A stretch of 60,000 bases of DNA from positions 12,650,001 to 12,710,000 of the forward strand of contig CM075989.1 of assembly GCA_038087875.1 (NCBI GenBank), read 5' to 3'. Positions 12,705 to 26,787 of this stretch are shown here, piece by piece. Every line of letters starts with the position of its first letter. Position 1 is the stretch's first letter. The DNA is from Malacoraja senta (Eukaryota). A program made the position numbers and the translations under genes. The notes under the pieces are model-generated. The model ran no database searches. It was not told the DNA's origin and saw nothing but the letters and a program-made list of their open reading frames with translations.

Positions 12705-13901
12705 ACCACAGGGATTATTCATGTAATTCATGTTAAGTCTGGATTTCCCTGTGGTTGGGAAACCACTCCCTATCATACTTTTGTAGGCACCAAAAATTGC
12801 AGTCACGGATGAATCTACCAAAGTTAGGGACCCAACAATATTATCCATTTTCTCACGTATTAGATTGTTGGAAATTGAATCATTAATGGACAAGACATTT
12901 AAGTAAAGTGGAAATACAGTTCAACATTATGTATTGATCCATTTTTTTCCGTTTTATTCTTACAGCCTCAAGGCAACACATAACAATTTGCTAGTGAAGT
13001 ATTCTGCCTGCAACATGACAGCAGTTATATACACAGATTAATGTTTGCTTAATTGTCAGTACTGTATTTCAAAGGAGCTGCACTGGTGAACCTCGATTGT
13101 TTACTGGAGTAATGCATTGTCAGACAGAATTAGAGCTCTTCTGTAGGAGCCAATTCACCAGCTGTTCATTGTCTCCCACTACTTCTCTATTGGTGCCAGC
13201 ATATCCCCATTTGAAGATGAGTAGGTACTGAACCTGTCATTGCTCCAAAGCAGGCTGGGTTGTTGACCATGCCTCTATTTTCAAAGTAACTAACACATTT
13301 GAGAATAAAATTTCTACAATGCAAATATAAAATAAGGAAATATTGCATGACTTAAAAGAAACAGAACTAATTGAAAAAGGAACTGCATCTGGACCCCCTA
13401 TCCATTCACTTCTCTATCTCTTCCCCCCCCCCCCACCCCCAACACCATTCCTAGGTGAATCATTTAGAGAGCGGTGAGAGAGTCATTGAAACAAGGTCAT
13501 TAACAGCATTTAAAAAGACTCGAACACTTGAATTGCTTAGGCATAAAAGGGTATGGGAGATGAGATTAGATGGATAACTATTAGTTAGTGCAGATGTGGT
13601 GGGCCGAATGGCTTGTTTCCATGGTGTAAATCTTTATGACTGATGAATGTGAGGAGATTTTCTGTGGGTTCCAGCCCCTTAGTGTGCATTGGTGGGTGGG
13701 CCTTAATCTGCCACCATTCCTCTCAGACCTTTCCTTTCTTCTCTGGTCTGCACGAGCTTCAGTGTGTCCACTAAGCACATACTCTGGCCCTTTTGAATGT
13801 GCCACATTGGGCCATGGAAAGCTTCTTGAACTAGATGGCTTGCAAGTTTCGAGAAAATCAAAGTGAATCATTCAATAAACCTTATGCCACTGAAATATTG
13901 A

Positions 13902-14087
<186 letters not shown>

Positions 14088-14687
14088 TGACTACAAAAAA
14101 AGTCGTTGTCAGTTGGATTACTGGCCTGAATCTAAATCTAAGATTTGGGTCTTTGGGAAATCTTGATCTAATTCACTGAGGCAAGTGGCATTTAAATGAA
14201 CATTGTAAATAAAGTGGGAACTACTGTCTTGTGTCTATGCAATTGTAGCTTCGGTTCGCTGCAGTCACAATTTGAAAGCATCATATTGGATGCCAGAATT
14301 TGGGAGTGATTTTAATGAAAACTGGAAAGGCTTTGTCAAAGTTTGCATAAACATCAGAATAACTTTTTGTTTGACTTCACCCTTTCATCTCCGGAAAGTA
14401 AAATTCACCACATACCAGGTGGTGACAAGATGATTTTAGTGAGAGGAATGATGCAGTAAGACCACACCTAGAATATCATGTACAATTCTGGTCTATCTGC
14501 TTTGGCAAGTGTCTTAAAGGTTCATCTGATTAATTCCTCAGCTACATGTTTATCACATCAGGATAGATTAAACAGACTGGACCTGTACTCTGTTCACTTT
14601 AGGGTTCTTTCATGATTAGATGCAGAGGGATATATCCCCTGACTGGGGTGTTTAGAACCAGGGATCGTAGGTTCAAAATAGGAATTT

Positions 14688-15000
14688 GTGGTGACATGGT
14701 GGCGCAGTGGTAGAGTTGCTGCCTTGTAGCACCAAAGACTCAGGTATGATCCTGACTGCGGGTGCATTCTGTATGGAGTTTGTACGTTCTCCTTGTGGCT
14801 GCGTGGGTTTTCTCCGAGAGCACTGGAATCCTTGCACTTTCCAAAGACATACAGTTTTGTCGGTTAATTGGCTTTTTTTATGTTGTAAATTGTCCCTAGG
14901 GTGTAGGATAGTGCTAGTGTACGGGGTGATCGCTGGTTGGTGTGGACTTGGTGGGCCAAAGGGCTTGTTTTCATGCTGTATCTCTAAACTAAACTAAACT
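14688..15000 (+). mobile_element. tRNA-derived V-SINE (HE1-like) inserted into a CR1 remnant
   Basis: A-box-like tggcgcagtgg; V-domain tgtatggagtttgtacgttctcc...gcgtgggttttctcc; CR1-like 3' part; (CTAAA)n tail. Confidence 0.75.
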
Positions 15001-15370
15001 AGCCATTCAGGACTGAGATGGGATGAAATTTCCTCACCCAATGCCGTTGAGCCTTTGGAGGCCATGACGCTTCAGTCACTGAGTATATTAAATATACCTA
15101 TCAATAGATTTTTAGTTATTGATAGAATTGTGGAACATGGGGTTAGTGCAGGAAAGTGGTCTGAGTTCAAGATTAACCATGAATGTTCTGAATGGTAGAT
15201 CATGCATCAAAGGCCAGTGGCCTGCTTTTGTTTCTAGTTTTTTTTATTTTAATGGAAAGTTGGAGGGGTTACGGTAGGGAGATGTGAAGAAGGCTTGTGC
15301 GGGCTGTGTGGGAGGGAAATGGGCTGAATGGCCAGTTTCCATGCTGTACATTCTTTGTTATTCCATGTAA

Positions 15371-16520
<1,150 letters not shown>

Positions 16521-18788
16521 GCGGTGGGAGATTAAACAGTTCAACTGCTTTTGAGGGTTGAATAGTTTTGGTGGAATCCTCATTCTCTTTAACAAAAAAA
16601 CTGTATCCACATCCATCAATTACTGTTTCACCAGGCTGAACACTGTGTGATTATTCTATACTGGCATAAGAATCTAGAAGGGAGATAGTCATTGTATCAC
16701 TGTGTAGTGACTAATGGAGTGGGCGTATGGTAGGGAGGGGTGAGAATGACTGGGCAGTGTGTCCAAGGTCGGTGGGGAAGAGGAAGAGATTCAAAAAATC
16801 AACATGATCTGTGGCTCATTCTTGAATGCCATTTTGTAAATGTATATATTTTTCATATATTGTTACAATTTTCACCATGATAGATGAAATATCTGTTCTG
16901 GGAAACTATGTGCCATGGATAAATAATTCAGTTGAAATGTCATTAATTGATTGTGAATGGAGTTTTAGAATTATCTTTGCAAGAGTGTCCGTGAATTAGA
17001 GCGTCTGGTCCTAGGTATGATTTGAGGCAGGGAAGGTAGGAAAATGTTTTAGTCAGAGCCATTATGTTTCCTGTCACAGAATTATAGCTGATATCTTTGA
17101 CCTTTTGGAGGCACAAATTGTTCAATATTTTCATCTGCAATTCTCTGTATTGCATTGTTCTACTTCATCTTGATATCATAGGTCATTTTTGTGTCACCAT
17201 TGCCTTTAGCTCATGAGGCTAATTGTAAGAACCTTTTGGGGGAAAAATAAAACTATCTTGGACCAGTCAAACTGTAACTCACTTGGTTTAGTTTATATCG
17301 TTAGGTATGTGACGAGAAATGTTGGTGTTACTTATTTAGTAGTTTTAAAAGAATGTCCAGTGATCAGATACGATTCATGGTAATACTTGATCCTGCCATT
17401 GAAACCAATGAACTGCCCTGCTAGTATTCACCATCTGTAACGCTACCATGCTTCTCCGAGGGACATGTCTGGGTACGGATTTCACACAGAGTAGTGAATG
17501 TCTGAATGGTACATGGAGTTGGAGATGTTTGAACCTATCTGTGATCCCACCTAACTTTGAATGTGAAGGATGGAACTTGAATAGAGATGCAGGTGGTGTA
17601 AGTTGGGGATTGTTTGAACATGAAAATTAAAAACTCTGCAGAAAAGACTCAGCAGGTCAAGCAGCATCTGTAGGGAGAAAAACTGACTTAACATTTCAGA
17701 TCGAAGTCCCATTTGAATGTTCTGATAAAAGGTCTTTGACTTGAAACATTAACTCTGTTTCTCTTGTAACAGATGTGGCATGACCAGCAGAATATTTCCA
17801 GCCATTTCTGTTTTTATTTAATATCTCTGTGGCGTTTGGGCTTTGCAGTATTTTCTCAGTCTCGGCCAAATAAACAAACCTTGATATCACCACTGATTCA
17901 ACTTTTGGCAGCTAGCTGTAAGTTATTGAATTCTACAATACAGAAGAAGGACATTCTTCCCATCCTGCTGGTGATGTTTTTTTGGAAAAGCTCTCAGTTT
18001 ATCCCATTCCCTTTAATAGGTATCCTACAGACTACGTACAATGAATAGGAAACTGTGGTTGATATCATTATGGGGAGACCTAAAGTATAAGAAAACTAAT
18101 CTTACGGACTGAAAATAAAAAGAAAGTTTAAGTCAAACATTTCTCACTCCCAAATGCTTTGTTCCCCTCGGAGTAGTTCAGGCTGGTAACTCAATTCCTC
18201 GAGTAATGTGTTTAAGCGTTCCAATTTTCCACAAAATCTTATTGATGTCAGAAATAATGTGTTCAGCAAACATTTGCAGGGTTGAACTGATGTAATCTTT
18301 ACAGTGACTTTGTGTAAGTGACTGGTCTCAAGAATTCCTTCAACATCTCAGATGTTCTTTCTGCAGAGTTGGTACGTATTGGTGCATTTCAGTGTCTCTA
18401 CAGCATTTATTCTTGGTTCAGATTTGTTTTCAAAATACAACCAGTGTGTTATATTGTGGCAATGTGTGCCTATTTATTCTACTTCAATGTATTTTGTTTC
18501 TGCTTTACACTTGTGTCTTATTTGAAAGTCTTAATAGCATTAAAGTGTCCACTGGCATTTAATGTAGAAGATATTGGTGATTATGATACTGGAGATCATT
18601 AATCTTTCATTAATTTTCTTTCTCTGTCTCTATTTCCTTTCTTATTCTCGTTCCCACTTTTCAGACTTCTTTTGGACCATACATTTCCTACTGTCTGTCC
18701 CTCTGCTCAGTCTTTGCTTGTCTCACTCTTAGATATATTTATATTTACTCCATGTGCATATATTTTGTGCTGACTTATCTTTCCTTAG

Positions 18789-18907
18789 ATCCATCTCAGA
18801 GTACCAGCACCCTTCACTGTTTCACCAACCCTAGTTACCACACACTGTCCCAATGTGGCCAACTCACTCGTTTTATCAATAACTCAGATGGAAGCTGTCA
18901 CATTAAG
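18789..18907 (+). CDS. MEGF11: MEGF11 cytoplasmic exon with NPxY motif (DPSQSTSTLHCFTNPSYHTLSQCG...CHIK)
   Basis: ttccttag| ... AAG|gtatgt; 119 bp phase 1-0; FTNPSYHTL as in MEGF10/Draper-type tails. Confidence 0.85.
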
Positions 18908-19858
18908 GTATGTATCAAAACAATATTCCACTAAATTGCAGTGGCTGTAGCACTCACTTGTGACCTTGTGATCTAAAGCCACAAATGCTGCAAATCTAAT
19001 TAGAAAATTACTTTGGGGAAAATTGGCAAGCATTAAAGACGGTCTCAACTTATTAAATAATTTCCATCCACCTTTTAAATGCAGCTAAATGTTTTACTGA
19101 TATTTCTCCCCAAACTGACATCCGAGCAAGATAAATGCATAAAACACTGCAGCAGGCTCAAGTTATGAAGATAGCTTTGCTGCTAATCATTGTGGCAGAG
19201 AGAGCATTGGGAATCCTATCACTGTGCGATGTTTTCAAATGTCCTGGCAATAATGATCAGAAAGACAGAGCCAAGAGCATGCTATCTGTTCTCAGCTACA
19301 GCTGAGAACAGAGAAAAGTAGATTAAATGAGCAACTTGGAGCCTTACGCTTAAAATAAAGCAGCTTGGTGTCATTGTGTCAAGAAGCTCTCTTACACAAT
19401 GGCAGTTTTATATAGTTAAGACTTGAGATTTCACTCAGGTCAGCCTCTCGCCTGGGAGGCAATCTCCCTTGGGATTTTACACAGCCACGATGCAGATACC
19501 ATGTCTGGGAGAGAGAATCCAAGCTGTAAACTGGGGGCCAGAGGAAGGGGAAAGACACTAAACAAAACACAGCCATGAGTTTTGTACCTGATCACATCTA
19601 ATTACCGAGGACATGTGGCAGTATTTTAAAAAACATATTAAAATTTGTCGGATCTGTTCCATCGTCAGATTGGAGCAGAGATTATTAATCAATTAATTAC
19701 TTGTAATCATTTATTTGACCCCTAGAACGATGTCCTGATACACACTGGGCTATGCATTACGTTATGTAAAATGAGCTTTAACATTGAAGTGACAACTCTG
19801 TCACACCAAAAGTTAGCCCGATGAACTAAATTTGAATCTTTTATTAATTCACAAACAG

Positions 19859-19982
19859 ACAAAAAAACAGCTTTTCTCAAGTCTCAAGAGTGTAGAGCTT
19901 TCTGGGCATGAAGGCTGTAGACAAGATATCAACAACTCATTGCATCCTGAATGGCGAAACTACAGTAACTTGAATGATTTAG
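19859..19982 (+). CDS. MEGF11: MEGF11 cytoplasmic exon (TKKQLFSSLKSVELSGHEGCRQDINNSLHPEWRNYSNLNDL)
   Basis: aaacag| ... G|gtcagt; 124 bp phase 0-1 restores the frame; resembles MEGF10 KNNQLFVNLK...W....LNEL. Confidence 0.75.
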
Positions 19983-22900
19983 GTCAGTAAGCCCTCAACA
20001 TAATTTTACTTTGAAATGTTTTGGCTAAAATGGCAGTGGTAATATTGTAGATGAACCTCATTCACTGGTAACAAGGTGAATGCTCACTTTACTGTCTTAT
20101 CTCCCCTCTATAGCTCCCATAGAATCATATTGCTGACAAAGTACTGCACAGCCTTTGATTTCTTTATTTGAGCAGAATTACTGATGTGTCTCTATTGCGA
20201 AGTTGTGGACTGACAACCCAAACTACAATCACAGAAAGGAGCTCGACATGATAATTGAGGTTGATGCATTATTGATTTGTGTACGAAAGTTGCAGTGTGA
20301 GGTTATGGAATGCCCTCTCAGCATGTGGAAACACAGCTACAGACAGCTGTACAGTCTTACAATTTGCATCTATAATGGAAGAAATTCAGACATACTGGCA
20401 TACGGATTGCCATGCACATTGTTCTGTAAAAATAACTCATGACCTCTTTTCATATCTGTCCTGGATGGCTGACCATTAATTTTGAGACTGTGACCATAAT
20501 TTTGGACTCCGCAAAGGGAAAGATCATTGCCACATCTATCTTGTGAAGTCCAGGGAAAGTATTGTTGTAAAATGCCTGGGACAACGCCCCTGCTCTTCTT
20601 TGGAAATGTAGTGGGACATTTTGTCTCGATTTGATGGTGTAGAAAAGATCTCATTCAGCCTCTCGTCTGGAAGGCACTCTCCCTTTATAATGCATGAGTA
20701 ACTAAGTGCTGTCCCTCAGAAAGAAAGGACAATTCAGCGTCTAGTCTCTGTTACCATATCTTCACATTGATATCCAATTAAAACCGCATAATCCATCGTC
20801 TCTTTCCACAGATGCTGCTTGTTCTGCTGTGAATGTCGGATCACAGAATGTGTCTGTGCTCGCTCTTTTAAAGAGCATTCCAGTTTATTTCCACTGCTCA
20901 ACATTTCCCTCGTCACCCTATAATTATTTCCAAACGCATTCAGTTGCTTTTCCAGCATTTTTAGTTTTTCTTTCAGATTACTACTTCTACAGTAAAGCAG
21001 ATTCTGCTAGTCCCAGCTGGTTCCGGGTTTTAACTAAATTCCATATTTATCTCAGTAAGGTTGGCTTTGCCAGCACTGTAACCACTCTCCGTCATTGTAA
21101 CCTGAGGACCAGGTCTGACTCAGTTGTGATGCTTCCTGCACCATCTAGGCGCACCTTAAATTTATGCTTTTGGTGAAGTGCCATCAGGATTTGGACCGGC
21201 ACACAGTGAAGGGGGGTCGTCAGGAAGAGGAGGAGGAGGGGCTGCAAAAGTAATGCTCTAGGGCCAAGTGCACCTGGGATTCTGTGAGTTGGCTCTTGGT
21301 ATTTGCATTGTGAAATTGACCCTTTCCACCAGGAGCAGCTTCCTAGACACGTGGACGTAACTGTGAGGGGTGTAAGGGAGCCTGATGATATGAAAAGCAG
21401 AGTCAGGTCATGACCAAGCAAACCAAACAAAGGTAATTGGCAAACCAAACCTGGCCAACAATGTGGTGAGATGTCTGGGTACCTCTGCCATTAACCAACT
21501 TTTCCTCTTTCTTTCTTTCCAGCCATTTCTGGAGCTTGGAGGAAGTTTCAGCGGATTACTGTCAGTGGCAGAGGGGCAGCTGGAGGGGGCACGAGTAGTT
21601 ATTTCCCTCTTTCAGTCATTATTCTGCATTATTCAAATATTATTTGTAAAGTTCACTTCCCGTATGTTTGAATTTTTACAACCGTCACTCAATGTTTTTA
21701 CGTGTGAAATAATGGGCTTGTTTTGAAGTGTGAAATGTTGCTAGTTTGCTACAAATCTTTGTGATGTTTGTTAGAGAAACGGCCCGAGGTTGGTAAGCTG
21801 TCCCTTGTGCTTCCGCGCATCAGGATGCACTATGTATGTTTTTTCCTTTGCTTCCCTTAATCTCATTGTGTTTATTTATTACCTGTTTGTATATGTATGC
21901 ATCTCTTACACACTCAGTGATGGTGTAAGGGCAGTTGTTATGGCCAAGCTCACTGAGAGATGAACATAGACTGGGACATCCTGGGGATGTAGTGATCAAA
22001 CACAAACCTTGAAAGAAAAATGGGAGATGCTGTGTGAAGTCCCCACCCAGCGCTCTCCCATAAACACACAGCATAAAGATAGACGGATGGATTTTGAGCA
22101 CATTTTAAATGACCTCAAGAAGGCGAGAGCCAATAACAGGGGATTCTGTTACCGAGTTAATGGTTTCAAATTCTAAGGCTTTAACTCGGTGCTTCCTCTC
22201 TAATCCTCTTGAACTCATTTCTACTTTTAAGATGTGCTCGAAATCTATCTGTTTAACTACGTTTTTTTCCCCAGATCTCATTATGTAGCTCAGTGCATGC
22301 TTCAGCAGTGCATCTTTGGGTGTTTCCCATATTAAAGTTGCTACAATCTTTATGGCTACTGCTGTTGGTTTTGGCAGGTCCTGAGATTATTTGGGTCCCA
22401 CCACTCAAAATACATTACAGCACAGCTGAAGGTCCCGTTAGCCCAGAAAACCAGGGAATCCCTGATGTCAAATTATTTTTGTCTTACATTTGTAATGTTT
22501 GTGGAGGTCTTACATAAAATGTAAAGGACACAGAAAGCACATAATTACTGACCTGTTAGGTGCAACATGATGTTTTCACTGAAGGATCTAAGGTAGAACA
22601 TCTTGAAAAGAATAAAAGGACCAAGCAGTGTCAGCATGGATTTATGAAATGAAAATCTATTGGGGTGCTTTGCATTTATGACTTGTAGAATTGATATGGT
22701 GAACCAGTGGATATGACCTGTTTGTATTTACAAAAGGCTTTCAATAATGTTCCATGGAGCAGGTTGGTCAACAAGGTTAGGGAACACAGAAATGGGGTGA
22801 TGAACTGACATAGATTAAGAAATAGTTATCAGACAGAAAGCATAGAGTAGGTATAAACAGATGCTTCTCAGGTGAGCAGGCTGGGGCAGGTTTGATGTTT

Positions 22901-23147
22901 GGGACCCAGCTATTCACAATTGACATCAACAGTTTAGCTGAAGAGACTATATGTTATGTTTCCAAGGATAAATCAGGAACTACAGATGTTGGTTTACAAA
23001 AAAAAGGCACAAAGTGCTGGAATAACTCAGCGGGTCAGGCAGCATCTCTGGAGAACTTGGATAGGTGGCGTTATGGGTCAGGACCCTTTTTCAACTTGTT
23101 GTGGTGAGGAATGAGTGAGCTGGAATGGAAGAGAGGCAGGACAAAGT

Positions 23148-24850
23148 AGTTTAGTTTATTGTTTCTGAGGTACAGTGAAAAGCTTTTTCTAGCGTGCTAA
23201 CCAGTCAGCGGAAAGACTATACATTACAATCACACTGTCCACAATGTACAGATACATGATAAAGAGAATAACGTTTAGTGCATGATAAGATAGTCTGATT
23301 AAAGATAGTCCGAGGGTCTCCAATGAGGTCAGTAGTACCAGATTACAATAGATAGTAGCTCAATAGAAAGTAGCAATAGATAGTAGCTCAGGACCACTCT
23401 CTAGTTGTTGATAGGATGGTTCAGTTGCCTGATACTGTGATGCATCCCGATAAATGCTTTCTATGGCGTATCTGTAGAAGTTGCTGAGAGTTGTTGGGGA
23501 CATGCCGAACGTCCAAAGCCTTCTAAGCCAATAGAAGCATTGGTGTGCTTTCTTGGGTGGTCGAGGACAAGTTGCTGGTGATATTTACTCCAAGGAACTT
23601 GAAGCTTTCAACCATCTCTATTTCAGCGCCGTCAGTGTATGCATACTGCTTTGCTTCCTGAAGTCTATCACTATCTTCTTTGTCTTGCTGACATTGAGAG
23701 AAAGGTTGTTGTCTTGCCACCAGGTCACAAAGTTCTCAATCTCCTTCCTGTACTCCATGTCGTCATTATTTGATAGCCGGCCCACTATGGTGGAGTTGTC
23801 CGCGAATTTGTAAACTGAATTGGATTTGTACTTGGCTGCACAATCATGGATATATAAGGAATAAAGAAGGGGGCTGAGATCACCAGTATTGAGAATTATC
23901 GTAGAGGATGATTTGTCTCCTCTCCTCACTGATTGTCTGTCGCCTGTTGGTCAGGTAGACGAGGATCCAGTTAGAGGGATGAGTGCTGACTACAGGTTCC
24001 ATGAGTTTGGAAATGAGCTTGGATGGAATAATGGTATTAAAAGCAGAGCTGTGGTCGATGAATAGAAGTCTGATGTAAGTGTGCCTCTTATCCAGGTGTT
24101 CCAGGGATGAGTATAGGGCCAGGGAGATGGCATCAGTCGTGGTCCTGTTATGGGGGTAGGCCAATTGCAGTGGGTCAAGGCTGCTTTGTAAACTGGATTT
24201 AATGTGTTCCTTAATAGCCTCGCGAGCTCTTCATGATGGTGGATATCAAGGCCACTGGTCGGTAGTTATTAAGGCATGAAATCTTGTTTTTCTTCAGTAC
24301 TGGGATGATAGTGGCCTTCTTGAAGCAGGTGGGTACCTCAGAATGGAGAATGGGGAGATTAAAGATGTCCGTGAATACTCCCGCTAGATGATCCACACAG
24401 TTTCTCAGGACACGACCAGGGACTTCGCTCGGGCCAGTTGTTTTCCGTGGGTTCACCCTCAGGAAGGCCAGTCTAACTTCTGCAACAGTGACCATGGAAG
24501 AGCACACGAGTCTGATGGGACGGATGTCATAGCCCTATTGGCCTTCTGTTCAAGTAAACATAGAAAGCACTGTACATTAGGCAGGGCTGCACTATCACCA
24601 TTGATGTTGCCTGACTTGTCCTATTATAACCCTATTGAAGCAATGGCCAAGAAAACAGACCAACGCCTCTACTTCCTTAGACGGCTTAGGAGGTTCAGCA
24701 TGTCCGCAACAACTGTCATAAGTCAAACGATCTCGAGCGGTACAAGAAAGCTCACTATGATCTTTGTAAAGCTATTAAGGGTGTCAAGAGACAATACCGG
24801 GACAAACTTGAGTCCCAGTATGATCACCGCAGAAAATGACACGGTCTGAA
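23148..24850 (-). mobile_element. Rex1/Babar-like LINE RT with an inverted 5' portion
   Basis: TIIPVLKK...NYRPVAL, IRLLFIDHSSAFNTIIPSKL, LSPLLYSLY.HDC, KFADNSTIVG, LNVSKTKKIVIDFRK; 24620-24850 is in the opposite orientation. Confidence 0.8.
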
Positions 24851-25219
24851 AACTATAACTGGCTGTCGTAGTCAGGAAGTGAGAGTGGACTGTATGACTG
24901 GGAAAATTCATATGAAAATGTGAGAAAGGGAGAGAGGGCAGAAGACATTTTTAAAGTGAGCAGAGTTGGGTATTGTTAATTGTATTAGAGAGGCATCTGG
25001 TCCTATTGCATAGAGTGTAATAGGGTAAGATGTGAGGCTAAATCACATCGAGAGTGCTTTGCGTACTCTAGGATAGGAGGTAAGTCAGTGTTCCAGATCA
25101 GGGATTCTTGCTGACGTTCACAATTGAATATGTTTACACTGCACAATGTACTGAGGTATAAAGCATTACAGTTTTATGTTTTTTCTGCTTTCTCAGAACT
25201 AAATGGGATCTCTAATTAG

Positions 25220-25729
<510 letters not shown>

Positions 25730-26283
25730 TGATTGTCTCATCCCTAATTGACTTCAGGATCCACACAGATGTGAAATTTACTTTAGTTCAGGATATCAAA
25801 AGACTTAAGACTTGTATTGAACAAACCCTTGGATCAACTTTCCTGATCATTGTAGTCACTTTCTCTTGTTAATGACGCAGGGTTCCATTCACTTCTGTCT
25901 GACAAGAATCTGATGCCCAGTTTTTACACAGTTGTGGCAGTGGCTCTGACCTTTTCCACATATCCCAGCAGTCAACTAGGAGAATGGAGCAAGAACCTTG
26001 TGCTGTAGGATTGTGGCCTCGTTCCCTATTTCTCCTAATTTGAGGCTACTAATTAAGTCAACACCATTCTGAATCCAAATGTTCAGTTTGAATGTTTGCC
26101 TATCTAAGGATCTATTGCACTTTAGCCAAGGACAATCTCTTAAAACCAATCCATTCAAATGATATAAATGGAGATGTAGGGGGACAATTGCTCAAACTGA
26201 ATTGCCATCTAATAATTAGCAGAGGTTTGGGTACAGAGTGGGTCACAATTGTTATTCTTGCCCTCCAGGTTCTCAGGATTTGA

Positions 26284-26514
<231 letters not shown>

Positions 26515-26787
26515 TCCACACATCAGTCTGTTGCTCACGAGAAATGGTGGCAGAGAAGACAATCTTTTTGCCCTAAAATATGCTGAAACTCAAAGATAAC
26601 TTGAAAATAAACTTTGATCCTGAACCTAATGTGGACATTGCATACTGGCAACCTGTCAGCCTCATGGGATTTTCTGTATGGTATTTAAGACAAAATATTT
26701 AATTTAATCAAATGAGAAGGTGTTAGTCCAGCCAAGAAATTAACTTTTTCTGAAATAAAAGTTTGCCGGCACTGCCAAGCTCAGCTA

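Noticed and set aside
14690..14765. tRNA-like sequence
   Set aside because: It is the head of a V-SINE, with a degenerate B-box and no complete cloverleaf.
20328..20480. Possible missing MEGF11 exon (ACGNTATD...IMEE)
   Set aside because: Similarity is marginal, the acceptor is weak and there is no frame-compatible donor before the stop.
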